A stretch of 64,000 bases of DNA from an uncultured Gammaproteobacteria bacterium (GTDB taxonomy: Bacteria; Patescibacteriota; Microgenomatia; Levybacterales; UBA12049), in NCBI GenBank assembly GCA_964408485.1, contig CAYOZJ010000003.1, positions 1,290 through 65,289 of the forward strand, in the 5' to 3' direction. Of this stretch, positions 40,027 to 48,859 are shown one piece after another. The notes beneath the pieces are model-generated. The model was given only the letters and a program-made list of their open reading frames with translations, did not search any database and had not been told where the DNA came from. Position 1 is the first letter of the stretch. Every line of letters begins with the position of its first letter. Both the position numbers and the translations under genes were made by a program.

Positions 40027-41424
40027 ATGAATACAAATACAACAATGGAAAAAATAGTAGCACTTGCAAAAAGACGCGGGTTTATTTACCCAGGCTCTGA
40101 GCTCTATGGTGGGTTAGCAAATACCTATGATTATGGCCCTATGGGTGCAGAGTTGCTTCGCAACATCAGAAATCTCTGGTGGAAAATTTTCGTGGAAAAG
40201 CGAGATGACATTGTTGGTGTTGATGCATCACTTATTTCCCATCAGAAAGTTTGGGAAGCATCTGGCCATACTGCAGGGTTTGCTGACGCATTAGTTGATT
40301 GCAAAAATTGCAAGTTACGTACAAGAGCGGATCATTTGATTGAAGACGCAACGGGGAAGTCAGTTGAAGGCTTATCAACGACTGAATTAGATAAAATTAT
40401 TGAAGAGAGTAATATTCTTTGTCCAAATTGTAAAAAGCATGAGTGGACAAAGGTCAGGAAGTTTAATTTATTATTTCCTGTTCACTTGGGTATTATTGAA
40501 GGTGATCAGGATTTGGCATATCTTCGTGGGGAGACAGCACAGACTATTTTTATTAATTTTAATAATGTTGTCAATTCAAGCCGCGTGCGATTACCATTTG
40601 GTATTGCACAACTTGGTAAATCTTTTAGAAATGAAATAACACCAGGTAACTCGGTCTTTCGCACACTAGAATTTGAGCAAGGTGAGATAGAATATTTCTT
40701 TGACCCAGAAAATACTGACTGGGAAAAGGCTTTCGAAGATTGGAAACGGGTAATGTGGCAATTTGTCACTAATGAACTCGGTATACAAGAAGCACATCTT
40801 CGCTGGAGACAGCATACTGATGAAGAACGATCTTTTTATTCCAAGCGAACAGAGGATATGGAATACGAATATCCTTTTGGTTTTAAAGAGTTATGGGGTT
40901 TGGCATACCGAACAAATTATGATTTATCAAAGCATGAAGAATTCTCTGGTAAAGAATTAAAAATTCTTGATCCTAAAACAAATAAAAAGATATTGCCTCA
41001 TGTAATTGAGCCTGCGGTTGGTATAAATAGGCTTCTTCTTATGGCACTTTGTGACGCATACGCAGAAGACCCTTCGGCAGACTCAGGGCAAGTTCGAGTA
41101 CTCTTAAAACTTTCTCCAAAATTAGCGCCGGTGAAGGTTGCTGTTTTTCCACTTCTGGCCAACAAGCCAGAGCTTGTGGAAAAAGCACGAAGTATCTATG
41201 AGCAAGTTAAGACAACCATAGATGGTAAAGTAATGTGGGACGATAGAGGTAACATTGGTAAGCGGTACCTGTCTCAGGACGAGGTTGGTACACCATTCTG
41301 TGTGACAGTTGATTTTGACACACTTACTGATGAAGCAGTGACAGTAAGGGACCGCGATACTGCATCGCAAGAGCGAATTAAAATTGTAGATCTAATCTCC
41401 TACCTTCAATCAAAGCTTGCTTAA
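40027..41424 (+). CDS. glyQS: Glycine--tRNA ligase, alpha2 type
   Basis: LAKRRGF, YDYGP.G, LRGETAQ, GKSFRNEITP, EFEQ.E, ELWG, PHVIEP, GKRY..QDE.GTP. Confidence 0.97.
   Translation: MNTNTTMEKIVALAKRRGFIYPGSELYGGLANTYDYGPMGAELLRNIRNLWWKIFVEKRDDIVGVDASLISHQKVWEASGHTAGFADALVDCKNCKLRTRADHLIEDATGKSVEGLSTTELDKIIEESNILCPNCKKHEWTKVRKFNLLFPVHLGIIEGDQDLAYLRGETAQTIFINFNNVVNSSRVRLPFGIAQLGKSFRNEITPGNSVFRTLEFEQGEIEYFFDPENTDWEKAFEDWKRVMWQFVTNELGIQEAHLRWRQHTDEERSFYSKRTEDMEYEYPFGFKELWGLAYRTNYDLSKHEEFSGKELKILDPKTNKKILPHVIEPAVGINRLLLMALCDAYAEDPSADSGQVRVLLKLSPKLAPVKVAVFPLLANKPELVEKARSIYEQVKTTIDGKVMWDDRGNIGKRYLSQDEVGTPFCVTVDFDTLTDEAVTVRDRDTASQERIKIVDLISYLQSKLA
41068..41092 (+). repeat. Repeat family B copy inside glyQS (encodes DPSADSGQ)
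   Basis: GACCCTTCGGCAGACTCAGGGCAAG. Confidence 0.7.
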
Positions 41425-41468
41425 AGTCTCTTGTTGACAACAACAATTATTTTTCTCACAATACTTGT

Positions 41469-41960
41469 ATGAAGTTGAAACCAAAGCAGTGGTATGTGCT
41501 TGCTGCAGTAGCTATCGTTGTAATTATACTTATTGGTGGTGGTATCTGGCTTTTAGCAAGTAAAAAAACTTCTGGTACTCAGCAAATCCCCGCGTATACA
41601 GATCAAGCGCAGGTTTTAACCCTCTCTTCAGATGCAATTGGTCTCACCATTGCTTTTCGAGCGGATAATAAAGCAATGAAATTTACCGTGGGAAATGCGT
41701 CAGGCGTCAATTCTATTGAATATCAGATTTCTTATAATAAGACTGTGAGTGGCGATACAGTGCCTGAAGGACTTATTGGTACAGTAGATATGAATCCAGG
41801 GGATAAAACAGCTGGAATTGGATTTAGAGAGTTTGGTACATGTTCTAGTGGAACATGCCGTTATGACAATGTACAATCTCCAATAACTCTGACGTTAAAG
41901 TTAGTAAAATCTGATGGGAAAATCTATCAAGTAGAGAAAAAAGTAGACCTGCCTCAATAA
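41469..41960 (+). CDS. Membrane-anchored hypothetical protein
   Basis: Single N-terminal TM, FGTCSSGTCRYD motif; TTGACA-17-CACAAT promoter 6 nt upstream. Confidence 0.75.
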   Translation: MKLKPKQWYVLAAVAIVVIILIGGGIWLLASKKTSGTQQIPAYTDQAQVLTLSSDAIGLTIAFRADNKAMKFTVGNASGVNSIEYQISYNKTVSGDTVPEGLIGTVDMNPGDKTAGIGFREFGTCSSGTCRYDNVQSPITLTLKLVKSDGKIYQVEKKVDLPQ

Positions 41961-41962
41961 AA

Positions 41963-42223
41963 CTATACACTTGCCTTACGTAAACAAGGAGGAACATGTC
42001 GACGACGTTTACCCAGAGTTTCTTCAAGTTGTTCAACCCTTTTCATGCGATTGGCTATTCTTTCCCGTGCTTTGTCTCCGTCAGGGGTTTGACTTTCACC
42101 TATATCATTTTCTAAGTCATTGATTGAATTTGTACCCTTACCATTGTCAATAAATCCTCCTATACAACCAGGAATGCACGCACCTGCTCCATATCGACAA
42201 AGCCTTCGTTCTAGTGGAATCAT
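41963..42223 (-). CDS. Hypothetical small Cys/Arg-containing protein
   Basis: 86-aa ORF filling the gap; TGA-TATAAT 7 nt before the ATG on the minus strand. Confidence 0.55.
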   Translation of the reverse strand: MIPLERRLCRYGAGACIPGCIGGFIDNGKGTNSINDLENDIGESQTPDGDKARERIANRMKRVEQLEETLGKRRRHVPPCLRKASV

Positions 42224-42299
42224 ATCCTATATTATATCATAATGAGATTTTTCTTCATCAATTCTAGTGTCCTTCTGTGAAAATCCCTACATGTAGTGC

Positions 42300-42361
42300 T
42301 TGACACGCTGTGAAAACTGAGTCATTATGTATTTAAGTAGTCTAAAGTAGGAAAAAGTAGG
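42300..42361 (+). promoter_or_regulatory. mraZ promoter with three MraZ-box-like direct repeats
   Basis: TTGACA at 42300, CATTAT at 42323; AAGTAG at 42335, 42345 and 42355 (10-nt period). Confidence 0.75.
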
Positions 42362-42368
42362 ACAAAAT

Positions 42369-42812
42369 ATGTTATTAGGCAGGTATGACACTAAGATTGG
42401 AAGTAAATATCAAATTTCTTTTCCAAAGAAATTTCGATCGGAATTAGGCGATAAATTAGTTATTACAAAAGGACTTGAGAATTGTCTGATAGTCGTATCT
42501 GAAGAGGGATGGAAAACGCTTTTGGAGGGGACAGAAGGATTACCCTTTACCCAAAAGCCGACACGGGAAATGCAGCGATATTTATTAGGAAACGCGCAAT
42601 TTGTAGAGTTAGATAGTAAAGGAAGATGTGTTTTGCCCGAGTACCTACGAGACTATGCGAATTTAAAAGAAGAGGTTGTTTGTGCGGGAATAGAGAGATT
42701 TGTTGAGATTTGGGATAAAAAGAATTGGGATGAGGAGCAAAAACGACTGAGTGGAAACATAGAGACTATAGCTGAGAAATTAACTGTCCAGAAAGAAGTT
42801 GGGAATGACTGA
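42369..42812 (+). CDS. mraZ: Transcriptional regulator MraZ
   Basis: ITKGLENCL, ELDSKGR..LP..LR.YA, EIW; first gene of the dcw cluster. Confidence 0.95.
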   Translation: MLLGRYDTKIGSKYQISFPKKFRSELGDKLVITKGLENCLIVVSEEGWKTLLEGTEGLPFTQKPTREMQRYLLGNAQFVELDSKGRCVLPEYLRDYANLKEEVVCAGIERFVEIWDKKNWDEEQKRLSGNIETIAEKLTVQKEVGND

Positions 42813-43689
42813 GTATCACAAAAGTGTTCTTTTACAAGAAGCAGTAGATGCTTTACAGATTAAAAAAAGTGGGAAATACATTGATGCAACGCTTGGAGCT
42901 GGTGGGCACAGTTTTGAAATTGTACGTAAAGGTGGCACTGTTCTTGCAATAGACCAAGATAACGAGGCAATACAGTTTGTTGAGGAAGAATTAAGAATTA
43001 AGAATCAAGAATTAAGAAATAATATAACACTTGTTCAGGGGAACTTTTCTCATATAGGAGAAATAGCAAGAGAAAATGGATTTGGGATGGTTGCAGGAAT
43101 CCTTTTTGATGTTGGGGTTTCTAGTCATCACTTAGATGCTAACGAGCGGGGTTTTAGTTTTCAAAGTACAGGACCTTTAGATATGCGAATGGACACGACA
43201 TTGCAGGTGCGAGCAGCGGATTTGGTTAATGGGTTAAACAAAGGTGAATTAATTGACCTATTTACCAAGTACGGTGAGGAACCATTTGCAAGACGTATTG
43301 CAGAAGCCATTGTTACTGCAAGAGTAATCAAGCCGTTTGAGAATACAACTGAATTAGCAGAGCTTATTACCAGAAGTGTTAAGCAAATTGGAAAGATTCA
43401 TCCGGCAACAAGAGTTTTTCAGGCGCTTAGAATTGCAGTGAATGATGAATTGATTAGCTTGGAAGAAGGATTGATACAGGCAGTTGATTTACTTGAGACA
43501 AAAGGACGATTGGTTGTTATTACTTTTCACTCGTTGGAAGACAGAATTGTTAAGAGGACGTACGAGAAATTTAAAGAGCAAGGGTTGGGGGAAATAATAA
43601 CCGATAAGCCAATTATCCCGACTGATTCGGAAATAGAAAGAAATAAACGAGCGAGGTCAGCAAAAATGAGAGTGTTTGAAAAAATATGA
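42805..43689 (+). CDS. rsmH: 16S rRNA m4C1402 methyltransferase
   Basis: HKSVLL, DATLGAGGHS, D.GVSS, GPLDMRM, HPATRVFQALRIAVN, FHSLEDR. Confidence 0.97.
   Translation: MTEYHKSVLLQEAVDALQIKKSGKYIDATLGAGGHSFEIVRKGGTVLAIDQDNEAIQFVEEELRIKNQELRNNITLVQGNFSHIGEIARENGFGMVAGILFDVGVSSHHLDANERGFSFQSTGPLDMRMDTTLQVRAADLVNGLNKGELIDLFTKYGEEPFARRIAEAIVTARVIKPFENTTELAELITRSVKQIGKIHPATRVFQALRIAVNDELISLEEGLIQAVDLLETKGRLVVITFHSLEDRIVKRTYEKFKEQGLGEIITDKPIIPTDSEIERNKRARSAKMRVFEKI
42986..43020 (+). repeat. Heptamer tandem repeat (AAGAATT)x5 inside rsmH
   Basis: AAGAATT AAGAATT AAGAATC AAGAATT AAGAAAT. Confidence 0.85.
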
Positions 43690-43710
43690 CCCATTCGACC
43701 AGCTCAGAGT
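43688..43710 (+). repeat. Repeat family B copy at the rsmH stop codon
   Basis: GACCCATTCGACCAGCTCAGAGT. Confidence 0.7.
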
Positions 43711-43722
43711 TTAAATAAAAAT

Positions 43723-44013
43723 ATGAAAATAAAACCAACAACACGAATTTTACTTGGACTTGTCATGGTTATTTCAGGACTTGTTATGATTCGTATAGTC
43801 CTATCTAGTATGTTTTCTGTGGATGGCATTGCTTTAGCAAATACCCAAAATCAAATTGCTACGATTGACAGAGAAAACATGCTCTTAAAAGAACAAATTT
43901 ACACGAGTTCTTCCTATACCGCTATAGCATCAGATGCTGCTACAATGGGGTTTGTTGAGGAAAAATCACAAATTACGCTTAGTGGGTCATCCTCAATTGC
44001 AATCAAGCAATGA
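43723..44013 (+). CDS. FtsL-like cell division protein
   Basis: TM plus coiled coil (ENMLLKEQI...A..MGF); lies between rsmH and ftsI. Confidence 0.7.
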   Translation: MKIKPTTRILLGLVMVISGLVMIRIVLSSMFSVDGIALANTQNQIATIDRENMLLKEQIYTSSSYTAIASDAATMGFVEEKSQITLSGSSSIAIKQ

Positions 44014-45695
44014 AGTGGCGATATCAACTTGTTTTATATGCTTTTCTAGGCTGTTTTTTTCTTCTTATTGCGCGCCTTTTTTATTGGCAAATCGTTGAGG
44101 CAGATAGTCTCACACAGCAAGCACAATCACAGTACGGGAGCCTTATTACCATTGTTCCGAAAAGAGGAGATATTCAAACAAGTGATGGATTCCCTCTTGT
44201 TACAAATAGATTGTCTTATTTAGTGTTTGCTAATCCAAAAGAGGTCAAAAATGCCGATACTGTGGGCGGAAAATTGAGTTCGCTTCTTGATATTAGTGTT
44301 GCATCGCTTAGTGGACGACTCACGTCTCCTGGTTACTGGGTATCGCTCAAAAGCGGTATAGATGCCAAAACGAAAGATGCGATAGATTCACTCCATATTC
44401 CGGGTGTTGGATTTGAGGAAAGCTATGCGAGATTATATCCGGAGGCATCTCTTGCTGCATCTCTTGTTGGATTTGTTGGAAAGGATACAGTAGGGAATGA
44501 TAAAGGATATTTTGGTTTGGAAGGATATTATGATAGGCAATTAAAGGGGCGGTATGGTCAGGCAATAGAAGTCCATGATGCATTGGGAAGACCAATTCTT
44601 TCCCAAGTTAGTGGAAATGGCCAGGCAATAGATGGGAGAACGTTAGTGCTTACTATTGATAGGTCACTACAATTCTTAGTGGAGCAAAAATTACAGGATG
44701 GAATTAAAGAATTTGGTGCACAATCTGGAATGATTGGGATTATGGATCCGAAGACTGGTGGTATCCTTGCAATGGCAAATTATCCGTCGTTTGATGAGAA
44801 TTCGTATTGGGAATACGATACCAATCTCTATCGCAACCCATTTATTACCGACCTTTACGAGCCAGGCTCGACAATCAAGCCTCTCGTTATGGCCGGCGCA
44901 TTTCAAAATAATCTCCTTAAGCCCGATTCTACCTGTCCTACCTGCAGTGGGCCGGTACAGGTAGGGGATTACGCGATTCATACATGGAATGATGAGTATT
45001 TTCCTAATATTTCAATGAAGGATGTTATTCGTCATTCCGACAACACGGGCATGGTGTATGTGTCCCAAAAAATGGGGCTAGATAGAATGCTTACTAATTT
45101 TGAAAAGTTTGGATTGACCGACACAACAGGTATTGATTTACAAGGAGAGGCAGATTCAACCATTCTCGATAGAAAGACATGGTACCCGATTGATGTTGCA
45201 ACAAGCGCGTTTGGTCAGGGTATTTCGGTGACACCGCTTGAGCTTCTTGATGCTTTCTCAGCACTTGCGAATGATGGTGTACGAATGCAGCCACACATAG
45301 TAGATAAAATTATTACCAGTGATGGACAAACCATACCGATTCAACCGAAAAAATTGTCTCAACCAATTTCTGCGACTGTTGCAAAAGTTATGACTGAAAT
45401 TCTTGTCTATACAGTGGATAAAGGGGAGGCTAGTTTTGCGCGACTTAAGGGATATCGAATTGCTGGCAAAACAGGTACTGCATCGATTCCCGTTGCAGGG
45501 CATTACGATCCCACACAAACAATAGCCTCATTTATTGGATATGCACCAGCAGATAATCCCAAATTTGTCATGGTTGTTATTTTTAATAGACCCAGCGCAT
45601 CTATTTATGGTGCAGAAACAGCTGCCCCAACATTTTTTGATATTTCCCGACATATTTTGAATTATTATAATATTCCGGCTACAGAGAATGAATAA
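44010..45695 (+). CDS. ftsI: Class B penicillin-binding protein (FtsI/PBP3-like)
   Basis: RGDI, R.YP, GLE, EPGSTIK (SxxK), SDN, KTG. Confidence 0.9.
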   Translation: MKWRYQLVLYAFLGCFFLLIARLFYWQIVEADSLTQQAQSQYGSLITIVPKRGDIQTSDGFPLVTNRLSYLVFANPKEVKNADTVGGKLSSLLDISVASLSGRLTSPGYWVSLKSGIDAKTKDAIDSLHIPGVGFEESYARLYPEASLAASLVGFVGKDTVGNDKGYFGLEGYYDRQLKGRYGQAIEVHDALGRPILSQVSGNGQAIDGRTLVLTIDRSLQFLVEQKLQDGIKEFGAQSGMIGIMDPKTGGILAMANYPSFDENSYWEYDTNLYRNPFITDLYEPGSTIKPLVMAGAFQNNLLKPDSTCPTCSGPVQVGDYAIHTWNDEYFPNISMKDVIRHSDNTGMVYVSQKMGLDRMLTNFEKFGLTDTTGIDLQGEADSTILDRKTWYPIDVATSAFGQGISVTPLELLDAFSALANDGVRMQPHIVDKIITSDGQTIPIQPKKLSQPISATVAKVMTEILVYTVDKGEASFARLKGYRIAGKTGTASIPVAGHYDPTQTIASFIGYAPADNPKFVMVVIFNRPSASIYGAETAAPTFFDISRHILNYYNIPATENE

Positions 45696-45739
45696 ATTAT
45701 TTTTCGTTTGTAGTTCGTGGTTCATAGTATAATAAAACA

Positions 45740-47071
45740 GTGAAAAAACTACTTATTTCATTTGTTCTTTTTTACCTACGTCTTGCTGCAAAGATACAAA
45801 TTGCAAAAATAAAGCCAAAAATTATCGGTATTGCTGGGAGCAGTGGAAAAAGTTCGTTAACTTCTCTTGTTGCGGGTATACTTTCTGAGAAATATTCCGT
45901 AAAACAAAGTTTGGGAAAAAACAGTGAAACAGGTCTTCCTTTGGATATTTTAGGGATTCATATGACTGATTTTTCACCTGCTGCATGGTTAGGAGCTATG
46001 CTTCTTGTTCCTATAAAACTTCTTGTTAATTGGACTAGATACGATATGTATATTGCCGAAATGGGCATTGATAGTCCTGTTGAACCCAAAAATATGAGTT
46101 ATCTTTTAAAGATTATACAACCGACTATTGGTGTCGTTACCAATGTTTCACTCGAACATAGTGTGTATTTTGAACCATATGTTACTGAAGTAAACCCGCT
46201 GGTAAAAGAAAAAAAAGTTTTAGATCTTACCGCAGAACAGGAAATGCTTCTTTTGACAAGTATGTCGTCAGATGACATAGCAATTGTTAACCGTGATGAT
46301 ACACAAATAAGTAATCGACAAAATCAGATTGATGCAAAACAAATCACGATTTCCCTAGAAAAAGATGCAAATCTTGTAGGAAAAGCTATCTCAAGTGATC
46401 TTTCACGCTTTACAATGCAAGTCGTCTACAAACAAAGAGAATATCCACTAACTATCTCTCAACCTCTTCCAAAACATTTTGCATATGAATTTTTATTCGC
46501 TATTGGTATTGGACTTTCTCAGGATATAGTAATAGAAAATGCAATTGATTTGCTGGAGAAACATTTTTCTTTGCCTAGCGGAAGGCTGAGCTTTTTCAAA
46601 GGAATTAAAAATACTGTTCTTATTGATTCCACATACAATAATGCAACGCTTCCGCCAATTTTGGATATTCTCGATTTTGTTAAAGAAATTTCTGGGAAAA
46701 GACGGAAAATTGCAATTTTAGGTGATATGCGAGAGTTAGGAGAAGAGGCGCAGAATATTCATGAAGAAGTGGCAAGAAAAATTCTAACAACAGTTGATTT
46801 CGTTATTCTTATTGGCCCATTGAGTGAGCAATATATGGTACCGATTCTTGAAAAAGCAAATTTTCCCTATGAGAATTTTCCAGATGTTGCGTCAAGTAAA
46901 AAAGCAATTCTTGATAGAGTGGAGGAAGGGGATGTTATCCTAGCGAAGGGTTCTCAGAATACTCTCTTTCTTGAACGAATTGTTGAAATACTCCTGGCGG
47001 AAAAGGACGATATAAAAAAATTGACAAGAAGAGGCGACTTTTGGGATAAAAAGCGCTCAGAAAGTTTGTAG
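45740..47071 (+). CDS. murF: MurF-like ligase lacking the N-terminal domain
   Basis: GSSGKSS, EMG, IDSTYN, LGDMRELG...H, KGS. Confidence 0.8.
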   Translation: MKKLLISFVLFYLRLAAKIQIAKIKPKIIGIAGSSGKSSLTSLVAGILSEKYSVKQSLGKNSETGLPLDILGIHMTDFSPAAWLGAMLLVPIKLLVNWTRYDMYIAEMGIDSPVEPKNMSYLLKIIQPTIGVVTNVSLEHSVYFEPYVTEVNPLVKEKKVLDLTAEQEMLLLTSMSSDDIAIVNRDDTQISNRQNQIDAKQITISLEKDANLVGKAISSDLSRFTMQVVYKQREYPLTISQPLPKHFAYEFLFAIGIGLSQDIVIENAIDLLEKHFSLPSGRLSFFKGIKNTVLIDSTYNNATLPPILDILDFVKEISGKRRKIAILGDMRELGEEAQNIHEEVARKILTTVDFVILIGPLSEQYMVPILEKANFPYENFPDVASSKKAILDRVEEGDVILAKGSQNTLFLERIVEILLAEKDDIKKLTRRGDFWDKKRSESL

Positions 47072-47107
47072 TTGAAATTTTCACTAGCACTATATATAAT
47101 ATAGGAC

Positions 47108-47332
47108 ATGATTGATGGTGAAGATAGATTTAGTGAAGAAGAAGCTAGGGCCTATACTCGACTTAGAGGTATAGCCATAAGGTTTCAATTGGGAGATCAG
47201 AGAGCACTATCTGATCTTATGGAACAAGAAAGTTATTGGAGAATTTCCGGGAATGGATCCCCAGCATATAATGCCGGAAGAAGATTTGGTTTTAAGAATC
47301 ATCCTACTGATATGCCTCAAAAACGAGGTTAA
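47108..47332 (+). CDS. Hypothetical small Arg-rich protein
   Basis: TTGAAA-17-TATAAT promoter 7 nt before the ATG. Confidence 0.55.
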   Translation: MIDGEDRFSEEEARAYTRLRGIAIRFQLGDQRALSDLMEQESYWRISGNGSPAYNAGRRFGFKNHPTDMPQKRG

Positions 47333-47618
47333 CTTTCTCTCCAACTTTCACTCCTTTTAATGCGATTGTGTTTTTTGGCAATTCTAAAACTGTTTTGAAT
47401 AGAGGATTCCAAAAAAACAAAGTATTGGGTTTAAGATTCTGCTTTATTTTCCTTACCACCCCTTTGTTATCTAAAATCACTATATCAATAGGGTAGGTCA
47501 TGCCGAATGTATGGATACCAAAACGAGTTTTAAAAACAATGGGTTGAGGTTTTTGTCCAAGCAGCCCTTTCCAGCTTAAAAACCAGGAAATTTTTTGTAC
47601 TTTTAGCCTCATTTGCAT
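47304..47618 (-). CDS. DUF192 family protein
   Basis: KGLL, IHTFGMTYPIDIVILD, VLEL. Confidence 0.85.
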   Translation of the reverse strand: MQMRLKVQKISWFLSWKGLLGQKPQPIVFKTRFGIHTFGMTYPIDIVILDNKGVVRKIKQNLKPNTLFFWNPLFKTVLELPKNTIALKGVKVGEKVNLVFEAYQ

Positions 47619-47662
47619 CTCTTACTATAGTGAAGATTTGATAAAAAAGCTATAATAATACC

Positions 47663-48859
47663 ATGTGGCAACAGGCCAAGAATCAGTATCACTTTCTAGT
47701 AGCTTTTCTTGCAAATGTCTTCTATAGATTTCCTGCTAGGCGTCTTGTTGTTATTGGTGTTACCGGAACAGATGGGAAGACAACAACCGTTAACCTTATC
47801 TACCATCTGCTTACTGTTGCGGGAAAGAATGCGTCAATGATCTCAACCGTTGGTTCGCATATTAACGGTGTTGCTTCACCTCTAGGATTTCATGTTACAA
47901 CACCAAGTGCATTTCAGATCCAAAAATTTTTTAAGCAAGCAGTTCTCTCAACGAGCGAAAATCAGTACGTTGTATTGGAGGTCTCTTCTCATGCAATAGA
48001 CCAGAATCGTATTTGGGGAATTCCTTTTGCTGTTGGTGTTATAACAAATATTACCAATGAGCATTTAGATTATCACAAAACATATGACAACTATTTGCAA
48101 ACAAAAGCAAAACTCCTCAAGCGAGCAAAAATAGCTGTCATGAATAGAGATGATAGCTCGTACGCGAAGCTTTTACCAATTCTTAAAAATAAAAAACTTC
48201 TTACCTACGCAGTAACTGAGAAAGCAGATGTCACACCCAAAGAATTTGCCAACACCTCTCATCTTATTGGAACATTTAATACCTACAATATTTTAGCTGC
48301 AGCAACTGTTTGTAAAGCATTGGGTATTACTGACGCAGATATAAAAAAAGGAATAAAAAGCTTTGAAGCCCCTCTTGGTAGAATGAATATGATTTTTAAT
48401 AAAAAAAAGCTTACTGTGGTTGTGGATTATGCCCATACGCCAAATGGTTTGCAACAAGCACTCAGTGCACTCAGTGAATTTAAAAAAGACAAATCTCGCA
48501 TTATTGCACTTATTGGGGCAGAAGGAAGACGTGATCCAGGCAAGCGTGAGGCATTGGGAGAAGTTGCTGCGCAATTGGCTGATATAACTATTATTACAGC
48601 GGTGGATCCGAGGGGAGAGATTGAAAAAATAAACAAGGCAATTCTTGAAGGATCGGAGAAGGCAGGAGGTATAGTTGGTAAAACAATTTTTGTAGAATCC
48701 GATAGAAAAAAGGCAATTGAGATGGCGATACAGCAACTTGCCAAACCAGGAGATATTGTTGCACTTTTTGGAAAAGGGCACGAGCGGTCCATGAATCTTG
48801 ATGGTAAACATGAAATTGCCTGGAGCGATACAGAAGAAGTAAAGAAAGTACTTGTATGA
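47663..48859 (+). CDS. murE: UDP-MurNAc-tripeptide synthetase
   Basis: GVTGTDGKTTT, TTP, EVSSH, TNITNEHLDYH, VDYAHTP, GKGHE. Confidence 0.92.
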   Translation: MWQQAKNQYHFLVAFLANVFYRFPARRLVVIGVTGTDGKTTTVNLIYHLLTVAGKNASMISTVGSHINGVASPLGFHVTTPSAFQIQKFFKQAVLSTSENQYVVLEVSSHAIDQNRIWGIPFAVGVITNITNEHLDYHKTYDNYLQTKAKLLKRAKIAVMNRDDSSYAKLLPILKNKKLLTYAVTEKADVTPKEFANTSHLIGTFNTYNILAAATVCKALGITDADIKKGIKSFEAPLGRMNMIFNKKKLTVVVDYAHTPNGLQQALSALSEFKKDKSRIIALIGAEGRRDPGKREALGEVAAQLADITIITAVDPRGEIEKINKAILEGSEKAGGIVGKTIFVESDRKKAIEMAIQQLAKPGDIVALFGKGHERSMNLDGKHEIAWSDTEEVKKVLV

